DNA of 64,000 bases from Vulcanimicrobiota bacterium (GTDB taxonomy: Bacteria; Vulcanimicrobiota; Vulcanimicrobiia; Eremiobacterales; Eremiobacteraceae). The DNA lies in assembly GCA_963812135.1 (NCBI GenBank), contig CAWETU010000001.1, forward strand, positions 608,001-672,000, in the 5' to 3' direction. Under the pieces are notes generated by a model. The model had not been told where the DNA came from. It did no database searches and was given only the letters and a program-made list of their open reading frames with translations. This document shows positions 52,350-61,264 of this stretch, in pieces. Positions within the stretch are counted from its first letter, which is position 1. The number at the start of each line of letters is the position of its first letter. Both the position numbers and the translations under genes were made by a program.

Positions 52350-52418
52350 CTAGAGCGTCAAGTGACCGCTGACCAACAATAGGATCAGCACCAGAACGAC
52401 GATGATGAGCGTCGTCAT
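52350..52418 (-). CDS. 22-aa hydrophobic microprotein A (MTTLIIVVLVLILLLVSGHLTL)
   Basis: ATG..TAG, GGGAG RBS, paralog of three other sORFs in the window. Confidence 0.75.
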   Translation of the reverse strand: MTTLIIVVLVLILLLVSGHLTL

Positions 52419-52461
52419 GTCAGATCACTCCCTTCCAATGTAGCAGCGCAATGCGAACGGT

Positions 52462-52533
52462 TTAGAGGTGCAGATGGCCTGCGACCGCCAGCAGTATGAG
52501 CACCAGTAAGATGATGATCACCGCTGTACTCAT
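52462..52533 (-). CDS. 23-aa hydrophobic microprotein B (MSTAVIIILLVLILLAVAGHLHL)
   Basis: ATG..TAA, AAGG RBS, paralog family. Confidence 0.75.
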   Translation of the reverse strand: MSTAVIIILLVLILLAVAGHLHL

Positions 52534-52590
52534 GGGACCTTGCCTTTCAGAACCGAACGGATAGATGGTCTGGACTTAGCCGTTCCCTAT

Positions 52591-52604
52591 CGAACATATG
52601 TTTC
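52591..52604. promoter_or_regulatory. LexA (Gram-positive-type SOS) box
   Basis: CGAACATATGTTTC matches CGAACRNRYGTTYC; lies between divergent microprotein B and comEC. Confidence 0.65.
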
Positions 52605-52661
52605 CTTTGGCGCTTGAGACCCGCTGCTTGACGCCGCAAGCGGTCGCGTGATGCAGTCTAG

Positions 52662-55082
52662 GTGGTGCAGTCGCTCGACGTCCACGCGCGCGCGCATGTG
52701 CTCGCGATCGCGTTCACGTCGTACTCGCTTGGCGTTCTGGTCGTCACGGGCAATTGCTCGTTTTGGCTGCTCGGCGCGCTCGTCGCCGTTGCGCTTGCCT
52801 GTCCAGTAAGTCGCCGGATCATCGCGATCGCGCTCGCGTGCGTCACGGCGGGCGCGGTCGCCGGCCATCTCGCCGTCCTTGCTCGCGCGCGATCGGATCT
52901 TGGCGCGGTGGACGGCCACCACGTCACCTGTGTCGTCGAGACGGTCGAGCGGCCGCATCCGTCGGCCAACGGCGTTTCGGTTCGCGCGCGAATCGTGGAC
53001 GTCACGTCCGCCGGGCGCGATGAAGCCCGTTTGTTGCGAGATCGTGTGGCGCTGCTTGAATTGCCGGCTGACGCCGCCGCGGGGAGCGACCTCGCCGGCG
53101 AACGGCTGCGCATACGCGCTCGAATCGACGCACCCGCCGGCGTCCGCAACGAGGGTGAGCCGGCGGAGCGCGATCAGCTCGCGGACCAAGGCGTATCGGT
53201 CATTCTGGACGTTCATCGGGCGCGCGACACGCAATTGCTGGGAAGCGCCGGCGGATGGAGCGCGTGGTGGGCCAGGACGCGCAGCCGATTTTCAGACGCG
53301 GTCGAGTCGCGGCTTCCGCCGCTGCCGGCGACGGTGCTCGAAGGCGTGCTGTGGGGCGACCGCGGCAATCTGCCCGCGGCTCTGCGCCAAGAATTCGCCG
53401 ACACGGGCACGGTACACGTGTTGACGACGGCCGGCTTACATCTTGGCATCATGGCCGCACTGGTCGCCGCGCTTCTCATGCAGACGCCGATGCCGCGGAC
53501 TGCGCGAGCCATTGTCGTCGTCGCCGCCGCCTGGGCGTACGCGGCACTCGCCGGGCTGCATCTGCCGACGCTGCGCGCGGCGACCATGCTCACGGTCGGC
53601 GTCATCGCGTTTGAGAGCGGCCGGGCGCGCACCGCTTCAGCGGTGTTGGCGGCGGCGGCTTTGGCGGTCACTTTGCCCCACCCGCTCGTCTTGCTGTCGG
53701 CTTCCTTTTCTATGTCGTTTGCGTGCGTCGGCGGGATCGCGCTGCTGAGTCCGGCGCTCGCGGCGCTCGGGGTACGCGAGGGTTTGTGGGGTCCGCGTTG
53801 GTCGGCCGAGCTCATCCGGACCGGAGTGTCCGTGCAGCTCGGGCTCGCACCGCTGCAGGCGCTGTACTTCAACGCGTTCACGCCATACGCGGTTGCCGCA
53901 AATCTGGTCGTCGTGCCCATGGTCGGGTTCGTGATGGCCGCGGGCACGGCGTATGCTGCTGTGGCGATGCTCGCGCCGGGGCTCGCGTGGCCGTTCTCCA
54001 ATATCACGTGGTGGGCTTTGACGTTTATGATCGGCGCGGTCGAGCGGTTCGCGTCGTTGCCGGGCGCGCACGTCGACATCCCGCCGCCAACGCATGCGTT
54101 CATCGTGCTGTATTGGATCGCGCTCGCGGCCCTCGCGTGGGCGGCGCACAGGCAGGTACGTGCGGACCGCATCTTTGTAGGCAGCGCCGCGGCAATCGTC
54201 GTGCTTGCAACGGTCTACTGCGTGCCCGGCATCGAGGCCGCGCTCGACCGCCGCTTGCACCTCGATGCGATCGACGTCGGCCAAGCCGACTGCCTGCTCG
54301 TGCGCGCTCCCGGCATGCATGCGATGCTTGTGGACGGCGGTGGCAAACTCGAACGCTCCGGCGGTGGTGTCGTGGCGCAGCCGATCGGCGATCGGATCGC
54401 GACGCGCACGGTCATGCCGTTCTTGCTGCGTCACTGGGTGCTCCACTTGGACGCCGTGGTGCTCACCCATCCACACGGCGATCACGCCGGCGGGCTGCCG
54501 GTCATCCTGTCGCGAGAACGGGTGGACGCGCTCTACGACTCCGCGCAACTTTACGGCGGTCCTGCCTATCAGCGCGCGCTCGACGTCGTGCGCGCGCGCC
54601 ACATCGCATGGCGCCGTGCGGTGCGCGGCAAGTCGTTTGATCTCAGCCCGCAAACTCACGTGCGCATCCTGGCCCCCGAACTGCCACTCATCACCGGAAC
54701 ATCCTCGGATATCAACAACAACTCGGTGGTGCTGCGCGTCGAGTTCGGCGCAACCGCGCTGCTGCTCACTGGCGACGCGCAATCCGAAGCGGAGGCCCGA
54801 TTGCTTGGACATGGCGGCGCTGATCTGCGCGCCGATGTCCTCAAGGTCGGACATCACGGCTCCGCCTATTCGAGCACGCCGGAATTCCTCGCCGCCGTTC
54901 GCCCGAGAGCCGCGATCATCTCATGCGGCAGGCACAACGTGTTCGGCCACCCAAGCCCGCAGACGCTGGACGCACTTCGAAACGCGGGTGCGACGATATA
55001 TCGCACGGACAGAGACGGCGGCATTTCGATCGACACCGACGGCGCGATCATCCAGGCGTCGACGTCCGCGCCAACGCACTAA
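52662..55082 (+). CDS. comEC: DNA internalization competence protein ComEC/Rec2
   Basis: HVLTTAGLH, DVGQAD, THPHGDHAGG, KVGHHGS. Confidence 0.93.
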   Translation: MVQSLDVHARAHVLAIAFTSYSLGVLVVTGNCSFWLLGALVAVALACPVSRRIIAIALACVTAGAVAGHLAVLARARSDLGAVDGHHVTCVVETVERPHPSANGVSVRARIVDVTSAGRDEARLLRDRVALLELPADAAAGSDLAGERLRIRARIDAPAGVRNEGEPAERDQLADQGVSVILDVHRARDTQLLGSAGGWSAWWARTRSRFSDAVESRLPPLPATVLEGVLWGDRGNLPAALRQEFADTGTVHVLTTAGLHLGIMAALVAALLMQTPMPRTARAIVVVAAAWAYAALAGLHLPTLRAATMLTVGVIAFESGRARTASAVLAAAALAVTLPHPLVLLSASFSMSFACVGGIALLSPALAALGVREGLWGPRWSAELIRTGVSVQLGLAPLQALYFNAFTPYAVAANLVVVPMVGFVMAAGTAYAAVAMLAPGLAWPFSNITWWALTFMIGAVERFASLPGAHVDIPPPTHAFIVLYWIALAALAWAAHRQVRADRIFVGSAAAIVVLATVYCVPGIEAALDRRLHLDAIDVGQADCLLVRAPGMHAMLVDGGGKLERSGGGVVAQPIGDRIATRTVMPFLLRHWVLHLDAVVLTHPHGDHAGGLPVILSRERVDALYDSAQLYGGPAYQRALDVVRARHIAWRRAVRGKSFDLSPQTHVRILAPELPLITGTSSDINNNSVVLRVEFGATALLLTGDAQSEAEARLLGHGGADLRADVLKVGHHGSAYSSTPEFLAAVRPRAAIISCGRHNVFGHPSPQTLDALRNAGATIYRTDRDGGISIDTDGAIIQASTSAPTH

Positions 55083-55101
55083 GAAGAAGGATCGTGGGAG
55101 C

Positions 55102-56244
55102 GTGCCGACACGCATCGTGGTGTTGGGTGCCGGTTTCGGCGGACTCGAGCTGACGACGATCCTTTCCGACGCACTCGGCGACGCGCTCGACCTCGTGCTC
55201 ATCGACAAAAGCGACGCGTTCGTCTTCGGGTTTTCAAAGCTGGACCTGATGTTCGGACGCTCCGGACTCGCACAGGTGCGTCACCCATACCGCGGCGTCG
55301 TCAAACCGGGTGTGCGCTTCGTCCAGTCGACGGTGCGCTCAATCGACGCGTCCGCGCGGCGCGTGAAAACCGATGCGGGCACGTTCGACGCCGACGTTCT
55401 CGTGGTGGCTCTCGGTGCGGACTACGACGTGGCGGCGACGCCCGGGCTCTCCCAAGGCGGCAACGAGTTCTACTCGGTCGCTGGAGCGGACGCGTTACGC
55501 GAAGTGCTGCCGCGATTCGAACGCGGCGCGGCGATCATCGGCGTGACCTCGACGCCATTCAAGTGTCCACCGGCGCCGAGCGAGGCGGCGTTTCTGCTGC
55601 ATGACTACCTCACCGCGCTCGGCCGGCGCTCGGCCACGGAGATCTCGGTGGTGATCCCGTTCGGCAGGCCCGTGCCGCCCTCACCCGATACCTCAAAGGC
55701 GATTCTCGAAGGGTTCAAGGAGCGCGGCATCCGATGGGTCCCCGAGCGCGAAGTTCGCGCTCTCGATGCGGGTCGCAAAGTTGCGGTGCTTGATGACGGA
55801 ACCGAAATGCCGTACGACTTATTCCTCGGCGTGCCCGTCCACCGAGTGCCTGCGGTGGTCGAGGAATCCGGGCTTGCCGTCGACGGCTGGGTACCGGTGA
55901 ATCCGAGAACGCTCGAGACGAAATTCCCGGGCGTCTACGCGGTCGGCGATGTCGCGCTCGTCGGCACGCCGAAGGCGGGCGTCTTCTCCGAACGGCAGGC
56001 TCGGGTGGTGGCGGCCGAAATCCTCGCGCGGGTGCGCGGCGGACCTTCGCCGGCACACTATGACGGCACAGGTGCCTGCTACATCGAGTTCGGAAAGGGC
56101 GTCGTCGGTCGCGTCGTCGTCGATTTTTTCAGTGGCCCCGAACCAACCGGCACGTTCGAGGAGCCATCCGCAGCTCTCTCCGCCGACAAGACGGAGTTCG
56201 GCACGAGCCGGGTTGCGCGCTGGTTCTCGGGAGGTACAACGTAG
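55102..56244 (+). CDS. FAD-dependent oxidoreductase (sulfide:quinone oxidoreductase-like)
   Basis: GAGFGG, FKCPPAP, YAVGD, PKAG, CYIEFG. Confidence 0.85.
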   Translation: MPTRIVVLGAGFGGLELTTILSDALGDALDLVLIDKSDAFVFGFSKLDLMFGRSGLAQVRHPYRGVVKPGVRFVQSTVRSIDASARRVKTDAGTFDADVLVVALGADYDVAATPGLSQGGNEFYSVAGADALREVLPRFERGAAIIGVTSTPFKCPPAPSEAAFLLHDYLTALGRRSATEISVVIPFGRPVPPSPDTSKAILEGFKERGIRWVPEREVRALDAGRKVAVLDDGTEMPYDLFLGVPVHRVPAVVEESGLAVDGWVPVNPRTLETKFPGVYAVGDVALVGTPKAGVFSERQARVVAAEILARVRGGPSPAHYDGTGACYIEFGKGVVGRVVVDFFSGPEPTGTFEEPSAALSADKTEFGTSRVARWFSGGTT

Positions 56245-56493
56245 ATGCGCTATCTCGGCCTGCTCCTGACCGCGCTGATCATCTGCGTGCTCGCGGTCAT
56301 CGCCTTCCGCTCGATGGGCCTCGCTCCCGGTGGCGACCAGAAGAACGCTGATTGGTATTATGCTCACCCGACCGAGCGCGCGGATCAGCTCAAGTGGTGC
56401 AACGCAAATCCGCAGCAACAAAACGGCGAGATCTGCCAAGCCGCAGTCGCCGCGCAGACGCGCGTCGACGTAGAGGCAGGCGCTCACAAATAA
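56245..56493 (+). CDS. EexN-like small exported protein
   Basis: TM/signal plus WYYAHPTERADQLKWCNANP...CQAA. Confidence 0.6.
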   Translation: MRYLGLLLTALIICVLAVIAFRSMGLAPGGDQKNADWYYAHPTERADQLKWCNANPQQQNGEICQAAVAAQTRVDVEAGAHK

Positions 56494-56534
56494 AAAATCG
56501 GCCGCTCGCCGACGATGCCGATGAGCGGCCGATT
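56492..56534 (-). terminator. Intrinsic terminator for microproteins C/D (possibly bidirectional)
   Basis: AATCGGCCGCTC/GAGCGGCCGATT 12-bp stem; poly-U follows on the minus strand. Confidence 0.75.
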
Positions 56535-56554
56535 GGTATTGGTTCAGTCCTATC

Positions 56555-56623
56555 CTAGAGCTTGAGGTGTCCCGTGACCGCCAGCAGGATCAGGACGAGC
56601 ATCACGATGAGGAAAGCTTCCAC
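56555..56623 (-). CDS. 22-aa hydrophobic microprotein C (MEAFLIVMLVLILLAVTGHLKL)
   Basis: GTG..TAG, GGAGG RBS, paralog family. Confidence 0.75.
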   Translation of the reverse strand: MEAFLIVMLVLILLAVTGHLKL

Positions 56624-56691
56624 TGGTCTACCTCCCGGCGAACGATCAATCGCCGGTATTCATATACCCGAAAAGGGCCACCGCCTAACTC

Positions 56692-56763
56692 TCAGAGTTT
56701 GAGGTGACCAGTAACGGCCAATAGGATGAGGACGAGCAACACGATGATCACGGCAGTTTCCAT
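56692..56763 (-). CDS. 23-aa hydrophobic microprotein D (METAVIIVLLVLILLAVTGHLKL)
   Basis: ATG..TGA, AGGAGG RBS, paralog family. Confidence 0.8.
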   Translation of the reverse strand: METAVIIVLLVLILLAVTGHLKL

Positions 56764-56792
56764 GGGTGCGTGACCTCCTCTAACTTCGTATT

Positions 56793-56819
56793 ATACCCGT
56801 TCTTACCGCGCCTCAAACC
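56793..56819 (-). promoter_or_regulatory. SigB/SigF-type promoter of microprotein D
   Basis: GGTTT-N16-GGGTAT; a similar AGTTA-N16-GGGTAT at 56664-56690 precedes C. Confidence 0.6.
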
Positions 56820-57673
56820 GATCTTTGCTGCAGCATTTCCAGCGTCGTCTCCCACATGCGTTTGCGCAGGATGGCATCGAGCACCAGCGGATTGGTCGAA
56901 GCAGGCAAGCACTCGCGGAAGTATTCGCCGGTGACCCCGGCGACCTCTGGTGACGCAGCGCAATAGATCGACGTCTGCGCGCCGTGCTCGGGTGAGATGC
57001 CGAACGGTTTCATGAACGTCCAACCGAACTGGACGAGTCCGCCTACGTCGCCGAAGTCGGTCGCCACCATACCCGGGTGCAACGCGTTCACGGTGACGGT
57101 CGCAGGGTCGACGCGTTGCGCGAGCTCCACGCTGAACAGCATATTGGCGAGTTTCGACTGCCCGTATGCATTGGGCGGAAACGAGTGTCGTTCGCCGTTA
57201 AGGTCGCCAAAGTCCAATCGCGCCGACTGGTGGGAGTCGGAGTTGACGTTGACGATGCGCGCCGGAGCGTTCGCGCGCAACATTTCGAGCATCGACGTGC
57301 TCAATACGAACGGCGCCAGGTGATTCACCGCGAACGTCAGCTCGAAGCCCTCGGGGGTCATCGTCCGGTGCGACGTGATGACGCCCGCGTTGTTGACCAG
57401 CACGCGCAGATCCGGAAAACCGCGCGCAAGGTCGATAGCGAGCCGGCGGACATCGGTCATCAGCGAAAGATCGGCGAGGAGAAGCTCCGTCGCCGCCTGC
57501 GGTACCTCACGCGCGATCAACGTGCGGGCGGCTTCGCCGCGCTCGCGGTTCCGACACACGAGGACCACGTGCGCTCCGCGGCGCGCGAGTCCGAGCGCCG
57601 TGTGCAAACCGATGCCGCTGTTCGCGCCCGTGACCGCGACGGTAACGCCGCGCACATCTGCCGTCGAGTCCAT
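56813..57673 (-). CDS. SDR family oxidoreductase (retinol dehydrogenase-like)
   Basis: TGANSGIG, NNAG, YGQSK, LHPGMV. Confidence 0.9.
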   Translation of the reverse strand: MDSTADVRGVTVAVTGANSGIGLHTALGLARRGAHVVLVCRNRERGEAARTLIAREVPQAATELLLADLSLMTDVRRLAIDLARGFPDLRVLVNNAGVITSHRTMTPEGFELTFAVNHLAPFVLSTSMLEMLRANAPARIVNVNSDSHQSARLDFGDLNGERHSFPPNAYGQSKLANMLFSVELAQRVDPATVTVNALHPGMVATDFGDVGGLVQFGWTFMKPFGISPEHGAQTSIYCAASPEVAGVTGEYFRECLPASTNPLVLDAILRKRMWETTLEMLQQRSV

Positions 57674-57757
57674 GCGCGTGGGCTTGGGCCGAAGGCCGCT
57701 TGCGTCCTTGAGCACGCGAGCGGAGGGGCCTCGAGTCCTACCGAAGCTGGGCGCTCC

Positions 57758-58504
57758 ATGAATACGCAGGACCGCACACCACCCGACTACATCCGCGTCG
57801 TACCGCTTCGGGAGCAAGTCGCAAAGCTCGCGGCTGCCGCCAAACTGACGTATCGCGGCGGACCGCTGCTGAGCGCCGTCGAGGTGACGACGATCTTTTG
57901 GGGCGCGTGGTGGAAGACAGCGCCGCAGAGCGCGCTCGTCACCCGCCTCAACACGTTCTTCGACGACATCTTGGTGAGCGCGCTCATCGATCAATTGAAG
58001 GAATACGGCGTGACCGGCACGCCGATCGGCCACGGCAAGCGCGTCGCAACGCTGACCGTCGATCAAGCGCCGTCCGCGACGGTCGACGACACCGCGATCA
58101 CGGCGTTCTTGCAGGGCCTTTTGAAAGCCGGTTCGGTTCCCGCCGCCGGCAAGAATTCGCTGTACTTCATCTACTTGCCGTCGGGCGTGACGGTGACGGC
58201 AAGCGGCCAGGCGTCATGCCAGGCGTTTTGCGGATACCACGACGCGACCGGCGGCACCACGTACTATGCGGTCGAGCCCTATCCCGACTGTCAGGGCTGT
58301 CTCGGCGGCCTCAGCGTGTTCGATGCGCTGACCGAGACATCGTCGCACGAGCTGTGCGAAGCGATCACTGATCCCGCGCCGGGCCAAGGATGGTACGACG
58401 ACGCGAACGGCGAGATCGGCGACATCTGCGCCTGGCAGACCAAGACGGTCGGCGCGTACACCGTGCAGATGGAATGGTCGAATAACGCCGGCGCCTGCCG
58501 CTGA
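57758..58504 (+). CDS. Hypothetical protein resembling the Phi-1/EXORDIUM family
   Basis: YRGGPLL, IFWG, FCGYH, SHELCEAITDP, EIGDIC. Confidence 0.6.
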   Translation: MNTQDRTPPDYIRVVPLREQVAKLAAAAKLTYRGGPLLSAVEVTTIFWGAWWKTAPQSALVTRLNTFFDDILVSALIDQLKEYGVTGTPIGHGKRVATLTVDQAPSATVDDTAITAFLQGLLKAGSVPAAGKNSLYFIYLPSGVTVTASGQASCQAFCGYHDATGGTTYYAVEPYPDCQGCLGGLSVFDALTETSSHELCEAITDPAPGQGWYDDANGEIGDICAWQTKTVGAYTVQMEWSNNAGACR

Positions 58505-58506
58505 CC

Positions 58507-59019
58507 GTGGCCCCGTACGTCATGCGACCGATCGAGGCGCGTGACGCGCAGTTCATCATCGACCTGCACGCTGCGCCGCACGTGCGCGAAGTGCTGGTCG
58601 GCCCCACGTTCGAACAAGTCGAGCGAGGCATCGCCGCCGCTCCGGCCGATCAATGGATCGTGCTCGAAGGCGATGATCGAGTGGGCATGATCATGTACGC
58701 GCGCCTCGAGCCCTGGCTATTCGAGATCAGACGGATGATCGCGCTGCACCAGAGCCGCGGCATCGGCGCATTCGCGCTCTCGTTCGCGCTGGACGACATC
58801 TTCGAGACCCACCGGGCGCACCGCGCCTATCTCGAGGTGCACGCGAAGAACATGCGCGCGCGGGCGCTCTATCAGCGCTTTGGGTTCCGATACGAGGGCG
58901 CGTATCGAGATGGCGCGGTGAATCCGCTCACCGGCGCGTACGAGGATCTTTGCATCTACGGCTTGCTCGAAGATTCGTTCAGAGCCAAAAAAGCGACGCG
59001 ACACCGACCGCGGCGATGA
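58507..59019 (+). CDS. GNAT N-acetyltransferase
   Basis: RGIG, LEVHAKNMRARALYQRFGF. Confidence 0.85.
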   Translation: MAPYVMRPIEARDAQFIIDLHAAPHVREVLVGPTFEQVERGIAAAPADQWIVLEGDDRVGMIMYARLEPWLFEIRRMIALHQSRGIGAFALSFALDDIFETHRAHRAYLEVHAKNMRARALYQRFGFRYEGAYRDGAVNPLTGAYEDLCIYGLLEDSFRAKKATRHRPRR

Positions 59020-59033
59020 AGCCGCCGCAACAT

Positions 59034-59648
59034 CTAGACGGGCGTCAGGAAGTTCTCCGTCTTGAACTTATCGGCGAGGAAGCGGCCGTTCGCGACGAGC
59101 GCCTGGCTGTCGTTGCTCAGATAGTTGTTGACGATCTCTTTCCTCTTGGCCTCGCGCAGCGTCAACTGCTCGACGAGCAGCGCTGTCGCGCTCTTGCCGT
59201 CTTGCACCGGGTACAGGCTACGGAACGCCGGTGGCAGTTTCAAATAGTTGTTGAGCGTTTCCGGCAAATACTCGAGCGCCGTCTGGCGGATGGTATAGGT
59301 GTTCTGATCGGCGGTGTTGTCTTTCGCCAGCGTCGGCAAGATCGCGATGATCGACTGCGAGATGCTCTGGACGAGCGTCGACACCTCGGCCGGTACGCGT
59401 CCTTTGATCGACTGGGCCAGCGAGTCGAGCGCAGCCTGCACCTCGGCGGAGTTCATCTGCGCGCTGATGCTGGTCTCGAGCTCCTTGCTCGACGGCGTCG
59501 CCAGATAGCCGATGCCGTACGAGCCGAGCACGCTCGCCAACCAGAACGCGTGGATCACGCCGCCAAAAAACAGGCCGAGCGCGCCGAGCGCTGCCAGCGA
59601 GCCGACGATGTTCTTGTTCCCGTACAGGAACAGCATAAAGCGTTCCAT
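59034..59648 (-). CDS. Membrane protein (XpaC-like partner of TelA)
   Basis: Two N-terminal TM helices, YLPETLNNYLKLP; last gene of the telA operon. Confidence 0.7.
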   Translation of the reverse strand: MERFMLFLYGNKNIVGSLAALGALGLFFGGVIHAFWLASVLGSYGIGYLATPSSKELETSISAQMNSAEVQAALDSLAQSIKGRVPAEVSTLVQSISQSIIAILPTLAKDNTADQNTYTIRQTALEYLPETLNNYLKLPPAFRSLYPVQDGKSATALLVEQLTLREAKRKEIVNNYLSNDSQALVANGRFLADKFKTENFLTPV

Positions 59649-59650
59649 GC

Positions 59651-61264
59651 TTATTGGTAGCCGCGGATCTCCTTGAACACGGCGCTCAGCGGCGCGCTCT
59701 TGCCGTCGAAGACGCGGCCGCCGGTCAGCGCGGCCAGTTCGTTCAACTGCTCGCTCGACCCCTCGCCGAAGAGGATGGGGAACACCTTGATGGCCTGCTC
59801 CTCCGGCGGCAGCGCTTCATACTTGCGCTTGAACGCCTCGAAGTCGTCGCCTACGTTGTTCTCGCCATCGGTCATGAGCACGATCGAATAATACCTAGGG
59901 CCTTCGCTGCCGCGCGACGCCTGTGCCAGCGCTTGCGCGCGCTCGATCGCGTCGAAGATCGCGGTCGATCCGCCCGCGCGCATGTCATCCGCGAATTGCT
60001 TCACGGCGCCAAGCGTCTTGGTGTCGTTGTCGCTGGCCATCTCGAACGTGACCGGCGGCGCGAGCATCCCTATTAAACGTGATCAGTGTGATCTTCTCGC
60101 GGTTCTGAAAACGCGCGAAGCGGCCGGTCAACGACGGATCCTGCCCGGCCAGCGTGTACAGCGCGCGACGCAAACCGTCGCTGCGCTCCCCTTCCATCGA
60201 GCCGCTCACGTCGAGCACGAAAAACGAGTGGGCCGGCACCCGGTTGACGTTGAGGTAACGCAGCACGATAGCGTTCACGGTGGCCAGGCGCTTGGGAACG
60301 GCAGTTCGACGATCAACGCCTTCGGAAACACGCTGCTCAGTGCGACGTCGGGATTCACCGGCCGCCGGAACGTGTTGTCCATGATCGTCTTCTGGAATTC
60401 CGGGCTCTTGAGGTAGGTCACCACTTTGTCATACGCGGCGCGCTTGTCCGCATTGAGCAACACGAGCGGGTAATCGGCGGTGATGATGCCTTCCTTCGGA
60501 TAGATCAACGCAAGGGGCTCTTTGAGCTGACCGCTGCGATTGAGGGTGATGAGGTTCGCCTCGTAGTTGACCAACCCGTCGAGCCTGTCCTGATCGCGCA
60601 CGTACGCGTCGATGAGCCAACCCGAGCTGCCAGATGTCAACTTCTGCCCTTTGAAGAAGTTGTTGAGCTTGGCCATGTCGACGTCGCTGACTTTGAGGAC
60701 GTCGGACGTGCCGGCAAGCGCAGACGCGACACCGATGACCGCGGAGAATCCGCTGTTCGAGCTGGCCGGATTCGTCATCGCGTAGGTGAACTCGCCGGCG
60801 CCGGCCTTGTCGGCGATGTCTTTCCACGTGACGTTCGGGTTGTTGAGCCACCCAAGCGCCTTGGCTTTGCTCTCTTTCACGCCGATGATCACCGGCGAGA
60901 GCATGATCTTGTCTTGAGCCTTGATGCGGTGCGCCGTATCGCTCATGACGAGGTACTTGGCTTGCGAGAACCATGCCGCGTCGAAGTTCTCGCCGGCGTT
61001 GATGCGGTCGATGCCGGCGAACGTGCCGCTGTACTGCAGCGCGAGCGTCACGCCCGTTTTGTCCTTGATCTGGCCGAGATACGGCTCGAGGTCCTTGAGC
61101 TCCGATCCCGCGATGACGACGAGCGTGTCGGGCGAGCTCGCGTTGACCGGCCCCTGCACGCCCGAGTTGTTCGCGGAGCTGCAGCCGGCGAGGGCGAAGA
61201 GCAGCGCCGCGCCGACAGCGGCGAACGATTTGTTCACGGTGAGGCGCCTCCGCGCAGCGGTCAT
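59651..61264 (-). CDS. Solute-binding + vWA domain lipoprotein (frameshifts near 60285 and 60068)
   Basis: LAGC lipobox; MTNPASSNSG; MIDAS DVSGSM; TAIFDA; LMTDGEN. Confidence 0.85.
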
